Shown here: one piece after another, positions 24,870 through 38,648 of the stretch
How the letters are laid out: each line of letters begins with the position of its first letter
How positions within the stretch are numbered: position 1 is the first letter of the stretch
Program-made: the position numbers and the translations under genes
Notes under the pieces: model-generated
Database searches by the model: none
What the model saw: the letters and a program-made list of their open reading frames with translations, nothing else
Told to the model about the DNA's origin: nothing
From: Eledone cirrhosa
Taxonomy: Eukaryota
Assembly: GCA_964016885.1 (NCBI GenBank)
Contig: OZ024740.1
Location: forward strand, 91,760,001-91,824,000
Direction: 5' to 3'
Length of the DNA stretch: 64,000 nt

Positions 24870-25403
24870 ACCCTTGAGGGTGGGTTACACTCATATATGT
24901 ATCTATGCTCATGTTTAAACATAAATGTGATCCTTCTGACTTTGTTCTAAATACCTTACGGTCGAGCAACATTAGGCTGTCACTAACTGCCCCTTCTAAC
25001 GATCAACGCACTGATCACAATTTTACCATTCACAACATTTCTAACTTGACCGCTAGCCACGTCATTTCCACTGTTTCGATCACTTTGGAATAAAAACAGG
25101 TGCTAACTAAAGCACTCTCTTCATGAACATCAAGCCTCATGGATAATGGAGTGATGAAACATTTACACAAAGTAAAAGGAAAATTGTCGACAGTCGTGGC
25201 TATTGGTAAGAATGTATCTATTATTTCTTCAAACTTATAATTTTATGTAGCTTTCATTAATGATTATGTATTACTCATTGAACCACGTCGTTGAAGGTAG
25301 GGTACACTCATATATGTATCTATGCTTATGCTTAAATATATATGTGTTTTTTCTGACTTAGTATATATATACATATATGTATATGTATAAATATGTATAT
25401 ATA

Positions 25404-25480
<77 letters not shown>

Positions 25481-25490
25481 TAATTATATA

Positions 25491-25570
<80 letters not shown>

Positions 25571-25574
25571 AATA

Positions 25575-25633
<59 letters not shown>

Positions 25634-25813
25634 TATAAGTTTGAAGAAATAATAGATAAAGTCTTACTAATAGCCACGACTGTCGACAATTTTACTTTTA
25701 CTCTGTGGAAATGTTTCATCACTGAATTATCCATGAGGCTTTATGTTCATGAAGAGAGTTCTTTAGTTAGCACCTCTTTTTATTCCAAAATGATCGAAAC
25801 AGTGGAAATGATG
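24870..25813. repeat. ~417-bp unit with short terminal direct repeat, then a long (TA)n tract, then an inverted copy (25061-25243 versus 25630-25813)
   Basis: acactcatatatgtatctatgct at ~24887 and ~25304; catttccactgtttcgatca…ttcttcaaacttataattt is mirrored across (TA)n. Confidence 0.85.
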
Positions 25814-27219
25814 TGCACCCTTACCCTGCACTCTGCTGGAATACAATGTAGGGGAACAAATTATTTTGGCACGTATGTACGTGTGCTAATTAGACTCATA
25901 TAGATCTATTGGCCGGCTGGGTCAGAAAATAGGATATATTGCATATCGCTAGATATACAACATATTCATACTGTGACATCTAATAATAAAAATCCATATA
26001 TATATATGGGTTATTATGTGAGTAATTTTTGGTCGAAGCACTCGATGATGTTACGGGGTCAGTCTTTCGTTGGGTTGGATTACAGGTTTAGGGCGGCTGT
26101 ACTGTGGTGAATATATATATATATATAGAGTATCAATAAGAAGTCAGATGTTCAATTTGTAAGGAAATTTATTGGATATTGCAACCGTTTCCATATGGAT
26201 CAGCTCGGGTGTGATCAGACGACGGAATCTAGACTCTTAATCGACACCTCTTCAGATATGTGTGTTTACATGATTGGTCTCATCCAATCTGTTGAATTAG
26301 TCTACATATTAGTATATGAGTTCAACGCAATAGTTAAATCATATATTGTAACTGATGCAGAGTCACATTTCACTGACTTCCTCTGTAAATTTAGTGATAT
26401 GATGACGGGAGAGGTTATCCATTTGGCAGCGTTACCCACCCAAGACCATATATATATATATATTTATATTTAATACAACTACGTGCGTGTAACTGCGATT
26501 TTCATTGTACGCATACTTTTCGACATTGAATGCCATAATTCAGATAGTTGGCATGTTATTTCTATCCTCAATAGGGCTATGTAGAGCGGATACTTAAGGG
26601 GATTCAATCGATGATGAATAAACAATACTGATATTGAAGTTTAACATATGGTGCGGAGTGCAATAGTTGCCCGTGTGGGGTAATCTCTTAAATGAACTAC
26701 TGTCATAAATGTGTGTAAATATTTACAAATGCATTTTGAAACCTCATGACAACTGAGAAACTGGACGTATACATATATATATGCAACACCAATGAAATAT
26801 TAATTATATATTAATGTTCTTTTATTAGATAGTTGAATGTGTCAATTTTCAGTCAAACTCTACATATAAAGGTGTATGCCAGATTGTTAGGGGCATATGC
26901 ATAGGCCATTTGCATCTGATTTTTTCCCCATGAAATTAATGATTGGTACATTTACTTTTACGAAAATATAGATGTGAATGAGCGATTCTAGTTCATACAT
27001 TACACGAATACTTTTGTGGTTGTTTATCTGGCTACAGAATAAAAAAAAACATTCATAGGTCGATCAATGCATAATTTTTTGAGCATATAAAAGAATGAAA
27101 TTACCTTTATTTTATAACCGTATGCATTTTATGAGAAATCAATAACGTGATAACCATCAATCAATATTTAAACATATTTTCAATTCTGTATTGTTTTTTC
27201 TTTTTTTTTCTCCGGATGA

Positions 27220-27352
<133 letters not shown>

Positions 27353-27786
27353 CTCGAACTTTCTAAAACTTTAAAATAAATTAAATCGATTAGGTTTTAC
27401 ATCCAGCAAGACGCCTTTGAGTGTGTTGTAATTACAAATTAATTTATGTTTTCTTTTTCGGTAACCTTTGCACCGATACATAGTTATAACGTCTTAATGA
27501 CCTTTTTTTATCGAGTAGATTGTATTTTCTATTAACTATAGGCCATCCATTACTGACCTATCTAACGTTAGTATGTAAGCTGAACGGAGTTTTTTAATGC
27601 AATTAAAATCTATGTTATACTTTCAATTTCAAACTAACTACCAGTCATATATATGCAATACCTTGAATTCTCATCAATAGTAGTGAAACACAAACACATG
27701 CACACAACCACAGACACACATACATAGACACACATACATAGACACACAGACACACACAAACACATACGCACAGATTCATACACAGG

Positions 27787-27964
<178 letters not shown>

Positions 27965-27974
27965 GTATATATAT

Positions 27975-29978
27975 AAGACGTAAAATAAGAACATTTTTAG
28001 AAATTCTCCCTGCCACTGGTCAAATGGCCGATTCTAAAGAATCAATCATGTGACACTGAGGCTAGTCGGTAGGAATGGGATGGTAAGATGACAGACGCCT
28101 ACTAACACCCCATTGCAGAAACTAATTAGTTGGAGTGAAAATTTAAGTAAGTAAGTTAATTTAAAAAAATTTTTTTTAAAGATTTTCTTATTTTACGTCT
28201 TTTATATTATTGTTCTGCATCCTCCTGCATTGAACCACCTAGGTACTATGACATAACCTGTGTATTTGCTGGCATTGGCGTACATCTGTGTGCTTATGTT
28301 AGTAGATATATTAAATGATCTATATTTATCTCCAAATCACAAATTTGTCGAGCAAACCTGCCAAAATCACTACTAATTTTTTTTGGGGGTGTTAGTAGGC
28401 GTCTGTCATCTTACCATCCCATTCCTACCGACTAGCCTCAGTGTCACGTGATTGATTCTTTCGAATCGGCCATTTGACCAGTGGCAGCGAGAATTTTCAG
28501 TGCTTGGAATCCAGTCCTCGATAGCTGTTCCATTTACCGAATTATTATTATTTTTATATGAGTCCCCAGTGTCCGCGCATTGCCTGGAGACTTGGCTGAG
28601 AATAGACCTCCCTCATGACGCAATGAAATTCTCAACAGTTCATTACGTAGCTGTCTTTATCCCATTGCAGAAACTAATTAGTTGGAGTGAAAATTTAAGT
28701 AAGTAAGTTAATTTTATAAAAAATGTTTTAAACATTTTCTTATTTTACGTCTTTTATATTATTGTTCTGCATCCTCCTGCATTGAACCACCTAGGTACTA
28801 TGACATAACCTGTGTATTTGCTGGCATTGGCGTTGATATGTGCGCTTATGTTAGTAGATATATTAAATTATCTATATTTATCTCCAAATCACAAATTTGT
28901 CGAGCAAACCTGCCGAAACCACTACTAAATTTTTGTTTGGGTGTTAGTAGACGTCTGTCATCTTACCATCCCATTCCTACCGACTAGCCTCAGTGTCACG
29001 TGATTGATTCTTTAGAATCGGCCATTTGACCAGTGGCAGCGAGAATTTTCAGTGCATGGAATCCAGTCCTCGATAGCTGTTCCATTTACCGAATTATTAT
29101 TATTTTTATATGAGTCCCCAGTGTCCGCGCATTGCCTGGAGACTTGGCTGAGAATAGACCTCCCTGATGACGCAATGAAATTCTCAACAGTTCATTACGT
29201 AACTGTCTTTATCCCATTGCAGAAACTAATTAGTTGGAGAGAAAATTTAAGTAAGTTAATTTTTAAAAATGTTTTTTTTGAATTTTCTTATTTTACATCT
29301 TTTATATTATTGTTCTGCATCCTCCTGCATTGAACCACCTAGGTACTATGCCATAACCTGTGTATTTGCTGGCATTGGCGTACATCTGTGCGCTTATGTT
29401 AGTAGATATATTAAATTATCTATATTTATCTCCTATTCACAAATTTGTCGACCAAACCTGCCAAAACCACTAGTAAATTGTTTGGGGGGGGGGGTTTAGT
29501 AGGCGTCTGTCATCTTACCATCCCATTCCTACCGACTAGCCTCAGTGTCACGTGATTGATTCTTTAGAATCGGCCATTTGACCAGTGGCAGCGAAAATTT
29601 TCAGTGCTTGGAATCCAGTCCTCGATAGCTGTTTCATTTACCGAATTATTATTATTTTTATATGAGTCCCCAGTCTCCGCGCATTGCCTGGAGACTTGGC
29701 TGAGAATAGACCTCCCTGATGACGCAATGAAATTCTCAACAGTTCATTACGTAACTGTCTTTATCCCATTGCAGAAACTAATTAGTTGGAGTGAAAATTT
29801 AAGTAAGTTAATTTTTAAAAAGATTTTTTTTAAATGTTCTTATTTTACGTTTTTTATATTATTGTTCTGCATCCTCCTGCATTGAACCACCTAGGTACTA
29901 TGACATAACCTGTGTATTTGCTGGCATTGGCGTACATATGTGCGCTTATGTTAGTAGATATATTAAATTATCTATATA
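27975..29978 (+). repeat. Tandem array of a 552-bp non-coding unit (~3.4 copies) with a short inverted segment at its left end, flanked by (TA)n
   Basis: cccattgcagaaact recurs at 28109, 28661, 29213 and 29765; 28000-28111 is the reverse complement of unit sequence 28385-28496; CTGATGA at 29164 and 29716. Confidence 0.95.
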
Positions 29979-30437
29979 CAGTATATATATATTTATATAT
30001 ATATATTTATTTATATATATATATAAGTTTTTTATAATGTAAAACTTAATATTTATGGAAAGTCACGACGGCTGTTCAAAAAATAATTTCTGCGTATCCT
30101 TACAAATGGAAAATATTTAACATTAAACATACATTAACTCTATAATAAAGGAAAACATATATATCAACTACTTTGCAATACACAAAAGGAAGAAGCAATA
30201 AAGTAAGACGGTCAATATTAAACTAGTCAAAACCGTCAATCAAGTTTCTTTTCTGTTTCTTAAACTTTCAATATGAATTATCCTTTATAGCGTAGATCCA
30301 AATTTGTCGAAATCATTCGGCCATTTACCAATGATTTGCACCATATAATCACGGAATACGCGACTGCACAATGCAGTATAGTCCGGTGTATATCAGTATA
30401 TATATAGAGTATTAATAATAAATGTGAAGACTAATAT

Positions 30438-30473
<36 letters not shown>

Positions 30474-30523
30474 GATATTAAACAAATGGAAACTATATTT
30501 ATAAAACCATATTTATTTCATAT

Positions 30524-30587
30524 ACATATTTCAGGGATACCATATTAAAAATATGGCATGCCTTCTTCAGATAAAATACAATATATA
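30524..30587 (-). ncRNA. Type I hammerhead ribozyme (inverted copy of 30764-30827)
   Basis: Reverse complement has an identical core and is one base shorter at the stem III/stem I junction. Confidence 0.6.
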
Positions 30588-30763
30588 AGCAGTTTTATGA
30601 ATAAATTTGACGTACCATAAATATTGATCAACTTCCATTTAAAAAGTTGGTGTGGTAGTGAAATGTTTGTAAATATTTAGTGTTAAGCACAGTTAGAAAG
30701 AAATGGAAGTTGATCAATATTTATGGTACGTCAAATTTGTTCATAAAACTGCTTATATATTGT

Positions 30764-30827
30764 ATTTTATCTGAAGAAGGCATGCCATATTTTTAATATG
30801 GTATCCCTGAAATATGTATAATGAAAT
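30764..30827 (+). ncRNA. Type I minimal hammerhead ribozyme
   Basis: Stem I attttat/atgaaat; CTGAAGA (30771); stem II agg…ccatatt/aatatgg…cct; GAAA (30809); short quasi-palindromic stem III tatgta; predicted cleavage after ATA. Confidence 0.75.
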
Positions 30828-30955
30828 AAATATGGTTTTATAAATATAGTTTCCATTTGTTTAATATCGTATATCTACTCCAAAACTTGTTGAGTGCTTT
30901 ATATCAGTTATAAAATATTTACTCGTTGTAACCCAACAATTTTAAATAAAACTTT

Positions 30956-31017
<62 letters not shown>

Positions 31018-31139
31018 AGGGTAACTGTGTATATATAGGTGTGGCTCTGTGTGTGTGTGTGCGTATATGTGGGCGAGATAGAGAAGATATGCATATATAT
31101 ATATGTATGTGTGTGTATATATATAGGAGACGGCGATAA

Positions 31140-31760
31140 TAGCCACTAAAATTATAGTAAGACCCTATCTCTAATCTGACAGAAAACAAGCAGACAAATG
31201 AATACGCTGACACAACCCTATGACAGAAATTCTGGTAGCATATGAGAAGGAAACTGGATAATATTCAACCACGTTCAGACGTGAGTCTACATGTTAACAC
31301 ATGTCTGAGGAGCTTCCGATTCCAAAGTCAGGTTCGATCATAAATAGATCGTTCCCTGTGCTGATTGACAGGGAAACATATGTAATATGTAATTAAATAT
31401 CTACATGATGCAACACGGATTCTTTGTTCGCTTATATATCAATGTCATATATATATATGCTCGGAAGAAACGATCCAGATGTTGTTTGCAAATAACCACT
31501 TGTGAAACAGAAAGGATGAACTTGTTATCACATGTAAACACAGAATATATGGGACATATCTTACCTTCAAACTCCCTCACGACCCAGGTGGGTCGATCTC
31601 GACTTTACATCCTCCCCATTTACAAACTACGATAGCGGAATACCTACGTAGAAATATAATTCTTTCTTTGTTATTTACACGTTAGAATTACACTCACGTG
31701 GATCTATTATAAACAGTTCCTAATCTTCCTTAGGTAAACCCGGAATATTTCCACACTTGT
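31140..31760 (+). pseudogene. Highly decayed Penelope-like RT N-terminal fragment
   Basis: KIIVRP…DRK and SRLYILPIYKL resemble the PLE motifs IVIRPADKG and LYxLPKIHK. Confidence 0.4.
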
Positions 31761-32500
31761 TGAAATGTACTTACTGTCCTATGGATTCGGCCGAACAGGT
31801 AGTTATGACACTTTACTAGACTAGGGTTGATTATAAAAACAAATACAAGTAAATTAGTGTATTGGGAGTGCTCTTCTTGTGCATTAGAGTATTTGAGTTA
31901 GTATTAACATATACATGTTTTTCTCTTTAGCCAAGTGTTAGATTTGGTAAACTTAACGTAACAGTTCTAACTACTTTTTTTGATTCTTACACGCTGAAAT
32001 TATATTCTTATTGTCTTTGAATTGTCGTTTACCCTTTCAATAAATGAAAGATAGTCGTATAGAATTCTCTCTTAATGCCGTGCACGCATAGCTAGCTCGG
32101 CATCAACAGGTCAGGCTGCCTTCTTCTTATTCTAGCCTGTCCCGCCCCCGACCGCTATGAAGGAATTTAACTATGTACACGACACCGCAGATCATTGACC
32201 ACTCCCCTGGCAGAAAAGAAAAACAAGACATTCTTATGATTTGTTGCTTAGCAAATGTATTCTTTATTCTACTGCATGCCCATATATGGATTCACCCCTT
32301 GTTAATTTCAATTAAATTCCTGCCGCTCTAAAACTGGTAATTTAGTTCGGATCCAGCTGTGGAATCGGCCGGAGAACTCAGCCGTCGGGGTCCTGACTCT
32401 CTCTCCCTCTCTTTATCTCTCTCTCTCTCTCTACTCTATCTCTCACTCTCTCTCTATCTCACTCTCTCTCTCTCTCTCTCTCTATTTATATATATATATA

Positions 32501-34997
32501 TATATGAAAATATGGGTGAGTAGAATACTGCTGGTTGCACATGGATAACATGTTATAAAATGAGTCCCTCATCAGTGATTTACCAAACGATCATGGGTAT
32601 TTCATCGCATTAAAAATCATATACCTCACGTTGGAGCGATAATAACTAAAATAAGTTATTAGGACAAAAGAAACGCGTAAAGCGAGTGAGACAAGTAAAC
32701 AACAAAGGGGGAAGCTAACCGAAGATGGAAATAAACACACTCAACATAGTTATTCTTTCAGCATAAGCTGTGTGAATATATGAGCGAGTCAAGAAAACAG
32801 ACCTTTCGCTAGTGAATCCGGTGTTAGAAAGAATGAAAACCGTTTTCCCAGCGAACGGGAGGAAGAAAGAAGGGAGAAACAGGGACTGAGTGAGTGGGAG
32901 TGCGAGGAAGAAGTCAGTAGAGAGAAAGAGTTAACTGACGTGGCAGAGGGGACGAAAGAAAGTAAGAGAGTAAGAGAGAACGAGGGAGCAGTAAGAGTGT
33001 AAGAGAGAAACACAGAATTGCAGTTTGGGTAAATATATGAAAATATGGGTGAGTAGAATACTGCTGGTTGCACATGGATAACATGTTATAAAATGAGTCC
33101 CTCATCAGTGATTTACCAAACGATCATGGGTATTTCATCGCATTAAAAATCATATACCTCACGCTGGAGCGATAATAACTAAAATAAGTTATTAGGACAA
33201 AAGAAACGCGTAAAGCGAGTGAGACAAGTAAACAACACAGGGGGAAGCTAACCGAAGATGGAAATAAACACAAGCAACATAGTTATTCTTTCAGCATAAG
33301 CTGTGTGAATATATGAGCGAGTCAAGAAAACAGACCTTTCGCTAGTGAATCCGGTGTTAGAAAGAATGAAAACCGTTTTCCCAGCGAACGGGAGGAAGAA
33401 AGAAGGGAGAAACAGGGACTGAGTGAGTGGGAGTGCGAGGAAGAGGTCAGTAGAGAGAAAGAGTTAACTGACGTGGCAGAGGGGACGAAAAAAAGTAAGA
33501 GAGTAAGAGAGAACGAGGGAGCAGTAAGAGTGTAAGAGAGAAACACAGAATTGCAGTTTGGGTAAATATATGAAAATATGGGTGAGTAGAATACTGCTGG
33601 TTGCACATGGATAACATGTTATAAAATGAGTCCCTCATCAGTGATTTACCAAACGATCATGGGTATTTCATCGCATTAAAAATCATATACCTCACGTTGG
33701 AGCGATAATAACTAAAATAAGTTATTAGGACAAAAGAAACGCGTAAAGCGAGTGAGACAAGTAAACAACACAGGGGGAAGCTAACCGAAGATGGAAATAA
33801 ACACAAGCAACATAGTTATTCTTTCAGCATAAGCTGTGTGAATATATGAGCGAGTCAAGAAAACAGACCTTTCGCTAGTGAATCCGGTGTTAGAAAGAAT
33901 GAAAACCGTTTTCCCAGCGAACGGGAGGAAGAAAGAAGGGAGAAACAGGGACTGAGTGAGTGGGAGTGCGAGGAAGAGGTCAGTAGAGAGAAAGAGTTAA
34001 CTGACGTGGCAGAGGGGACGAAAGAAAGTAAGAGAGTAAGAGAGAACGACGGAGCAGTAAGAGTGTAAGAGAGAAACACAGAATTGCAGTTTGGGTAAAT
34101 ATATGAAAATATGGGTGAGTAGAATACTGCTGGTTGCACATGGATAACATGTTATAAAATGAGTCCCTCATCAGTGATTTACCAAACGATCATGGGTATT
34201 TCATCGCATTAAAAATCATATACCTCACGTTGGAGCGATAATAACTAAAATAAGTTATTAGGACAAAAGAAACGCATAAAGCGAGTGAGACAAGTAAACA
34301 ACACAGGGGGAAGCTAACCGAAGATGGAAATAAACACAAGCAACATAGTTATTCTTTCAGCATAAGCTGTGTGAATATATGAGCGAGTCAAGAAAACAGA
34401 CCTTTCGCTAGTGAATCCGGTGTTAGAAAGAATGAAAACCGTTTTCCCAGCGAACGGGAGGAAGAAAGAAGGGAGAAACAGGGACTGAGTGAGTGGGAGT
34501 GCGAGGAAGAGGTCAGTAGAGAGAAAAAGTTAACTGACGTGGCAGAGGGGACGAAAGAAAGTAAGAGAGTAAGAGAGAACGAGGGAGCAGTAAGAGTGTA
34601 AGAGAGAAACACAGAATTGCAGTTTGGGTAAATATATGAAAATATGGGTGAGTAGAATACTGCTGGTTGCACATGGATAACATGTTATAAAATGAGTCCC
34701 TCATCAGTGATTTACCAAACGATCATGGGTATTTCATCGCATTAAAAATCATATACCTCACGTTGGAGCGATAATAACTAAAATAAGTTATTAGGACAAA
34801 AGAAACGCGTAAAGCGAGTGAGACAAGTAAACAACACAGGGGGAAGCTAACCGAAGATGGAAATAAACACAAGCAACATAGTTATTCTTTCAGCATCAGC
34901 TGTGTGAATATATGAGCGAGTCAAGAAAACAGACCTTTCGCTAGTGAATCCGGTGTTAGAAAGAATGAAAACCGTTTTCCCAGCGAACGGGAGGAAG

Positions 34998-35000
<3 letters not shown>
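32501..35000 (-). repeat. Tandem array of a 533-bp non-coding unit (~4.7 near-identical copies), flanked by (TA)n
   Basis: gaaaatatgggtgagtagaatactg recurs every 533 bp (the ORF track repeats at 32789, 33322, 33855 and 34388); only scattered substitutions. Confidence 0.97.
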
Positions 35001-35044
<44 letters not shown>

Positions 35045-35274
35045 TTTTTCTAACGGTCCAATAAGTGTGTGGGTCATTTTAACGGCTTGATTCATTCACT
35101 TGATTCATATACGGACTAATATCTTTCCATTGGAAAGTCTGTGAATTTCCAATCTTTTGATAAGCGAAACCGCCTGTCATACCACTAGAAGAGGTAAATA
35201 TTTAAATCGTATTTTAATTTATTTAAAAGATTGTTTAATGTTTAATGTTTAATGTTTAATGTTTGCTTGTTCCG

Positions 35275-35320
<46 letters not shown>

Positions 35321-35323
<3 letters not shown>

Positions 35324-36850
35324 GTTATTCCGGGTTGAGTTAGAGGTAACCACAGTAAGTAAGGTACTCAATACATTGCAGAGTATAAAAGTTTTAATAT
35401 AGATGAGATTCTACAGGACTAAAACTGTTTCATTCTTTAGAAATCATCAGGATGATTTCTAAAGAATGAAACAGTTCTAAGTTCTATTCTTGTAGAATCT
35501 CATCTAAACTTACATTACATACACTCACAATCCAATCACCCTTGAACTATCCTTAAAACCTAGCATATAATATCTCACTCAAAATCTCTAACGTTTCATC
35601 AAATCAAAATGCATTCGATAAAAATGCGCCCTTTTATAACGAATTTTTAGCTAGAAGCGGCCACAAAAACAAATTAGTCTACATACCTCGCTCCAATAAT
35701 ATTTCAAACATACAACCTAATATTACCAACAAACTCCGAAAGAAAAACCCACACCTAAATGCCACTCATACTACACCTAATAACCCCAACCCAATATTTA
35801 ATTGCTATACCTCTTCTCACTTAAAATATATTGACTTTCCAAAAACCATTCGCCCTAATACTCCAACATATGTTGACATCATAACTAACAAAATTCCTAG
35901 TAATCAGACTAAAACACCTAAATAGATTAATCTAACTAAACTTATATACAATAAAATCACTAATAGTAACTCTATTAGTAAAACTGCTGATACATCGTAT
36001 AAATATGAGAAACAATGTCGAAACCCTAATAGACGGGTTACTTGGTATAATGCTCCATTTAATCTACAGATTAAAGAACATATCCCTGAAAAAATATTTG
36101 CTATCCTAGAGAAAAGTTTCCCACAAAATCATAAATACCATCAAATGTTAAATAGATCTACTGTCAAATTTTCCTACTCAACTACCAAAAATATACAACA
36201 AAATATAGGTGCGTACAACGCATATAAATATAACAAAATCATAAATATACCACCAACACATCATACCAACCATAATAATACTAAAATAAGTCATACCAAA
36301 CTACCATCCCTTTCATCTATAACAGGTCTTGTAAATTCCACACGAATTTTGACTAACTTCCCTGATATAATATTTACGGATGGTTATAACTGTAGAATCA
36401 ACAGAAATTGCCCATTAAAGGGAAATCGTCTTATTAATAACATACTCTATAAATGTAAAATTAGCACTAAGGATTCCACTATTCATATATAGGAGCTACG
36501 TCTAACCGATTTAAAGTAAGATTTAATACCCACAAACATAGTTTTAAAAATGCCGCATTATCTAAGACAATATCTTTGGCCGAAGCAATTAATAATAATA
36601 GAAAGAAGAACATTGATTATAACCTGCCCTGCAGCGTGCTTAAAAGGACCACCCTTTATCAAAATAGTAGAAACGAGTGTATGTTATGTATATGTGAATG
36701 CATGTATATTTTCGCTGATAATATTTAATATTTTTAAATAGATCTTAGACATGATATACATACCAAGACATCTACATCCCAGATACGCTCGTAAAATGAT
36801 GAACTTTTTGATATAAGGCACTTGTTCCCTGTTTTTATTTCATAGTTTTT
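35321..36850 (+). mobile_element. Penelope-like element (Naiad-type) fragment with an inverted 5' pseudo-LTR
   Basis: RRVTWYNAPFN…LNRSTVKFSYSTTKN…YNCRINRNCPLKGN…ILYKCKI…YIGATSNRFKVRFNTHK; palindrome at 35400-35506 carrying CTGATGA…GAAAC on the minus strand. Confidence 0.8.
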
Positions 36851-36854
36851 ATTA

Positions 36855-36902
<48 letters not shown>

Positions 36903-36998
36903 TAATAAAAAACAATGTATATATGAAAGTAAAAAAAACAACAACACAGGTGTACAATTTACGAAATGTATCATGTGAATGTGTCTGTGTGTGTATGC

Positions 36999-37054
<56 letters not shown>

Positions 37055-38509
37055 GTGTGTGTACTCATATTCTAGATTTTTTATAGTTTGCTCTGGTACA
37101 TTTACCGATAGTTTCTCAAATTATAATATAATATGACAGCTTATTAACATTCATTATTTTACGATATCCCGAAACGTTCTTCATTTCCAGCCCGAGCATT
37201 TATTCCGGAGAAATTATAGAATACAGTAATCGATACAAATATTTAACGATAATTTATTCGGTTAGAGACAAGCAGATCATACACTGATTATGTGAACTGC
37301 ACATCAAGTGTCATTAAATGCAACATGATAACAGTTTTCATTTTTAATCAATATATTCAACATATCAACAACAGAATTCTCAACTTCAGCTACATCTGTC
37401 CTGAAGTCAATTCATTGTTCTTAATGTATAACGGCAAATAATCACAAAACATTCCTTTTACGCATAATATACTTCCGGCTAAATATCATATATGCAATAT
37501 GCAACACAAATTAGTCTGAAATTAATTTCAAATGTCTAAATATTAAATCGAAATGCACGATCATAAAGTCATCAATGAAACCAAAGTAGAGTGCAATACT
37601 ACTGGAAAAAAACGAATATTATCAAACTTCAGGTTTTGATAGTTATTAATCTCTGAAAAATGCCCCGCGATATATTGAAGGAACATGTCGAATATTTTGC
37701 AAGTTTACACGTCTTACATTTTCAATTCCATGAACCCTATATAATTGGACAATAATGCAAAGCAGAAATACAGTAGCATCTACATTATATATGAATGTAT
37801 AGGTACCTGTTTGTGAAAGTGTGTGGTTATAGTGTGTATATATGTAGGCCTATGATGACACATTTCACATATATCTAGAGTAAATCATATACACCATGAG
37901 AAAAAAATGTAAGAATTTTGGTTAACATTTGCTCTCAATATGTCACGACGTTATTCTTATGTCGCCTCATGTTATGTGTGTGTGTCTTCGTGTGTGTGTG
38001 ACTGAGTATATTTGTGTGTGAATGTATGGATATGAGTTCTTTTCATTTTTCCTCATTTTGTTTTAATTTCTCGGCCTTCATGTTTGTGTCAAATTTGAGA
38101 TACATAGCTTGCATACATGACACCATATATCAGAGTCTGCGTATAGGTTCGATGTGTATAAGCTCACGAGAGTCAGTGTGAGTGTATTTACACATATGGC
38201 CGCAACAATGATCATTTCCAAATGTTATTTCAATCCCTGTCGTTTTCCTCCTCCTTGTCATAAAAGTACATATGTTAGTGTATACTGGTGTAACGGAGAA
38301 TTAATTATCTTTTAGCTCTTTCTAAGGTCTTCTCTACTGACGCCGGTTCAATGGCTGGCTATTTAAGGATAGCAAATCGTATTTACACGTGTATATCCCA
38401 TCAACTTTATGATTTTCTCCTGCAAGGAATCAGATCACACATTGTCAGGCGTTATACATCATGTGTGTGTGATAATTAATTTATCACGCACACACACACA
38501 CACTCTATG

Positions 38510-38648
<139 letters not shown>

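Larger units (their letters stand above)
30471..30960. mobile_element. Head-to-head inverted Naiad pseudo-LTR pair (30471-30640 / 30701-30872) with no coding sequence, flanked by (TA)n
   Basis: Near-perfect ~170-bp inverted repeat around a ~60-bp spacer; homologous to the PLE ends at 10460-10680 and 58270-58400. Confidence 0.85.

Noticed and set aside
28452-29885. Repeated 84-93-aa ORFs in the 552-bp array
   Set aside because: Non-ATG starts, variable ends and no recognisable motif; better explained as chance frames in a repeat
32789-34704. Repeated 94-aa and 63-aa ORFs suggesting a tandem gene cluster
   Set aside because: S/L/F-rich products of CT-rich DNA with no domain; the reading frames are not evidently conserved in the diverged copy at 40.9 kb
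27975-35000. CRISPR-like or rDNA/5S tandem arrays
   Set aside because: The units are 533-552 bp with no unique spacers and no rRNA similarity that I can recognise; the context is eukaryotic
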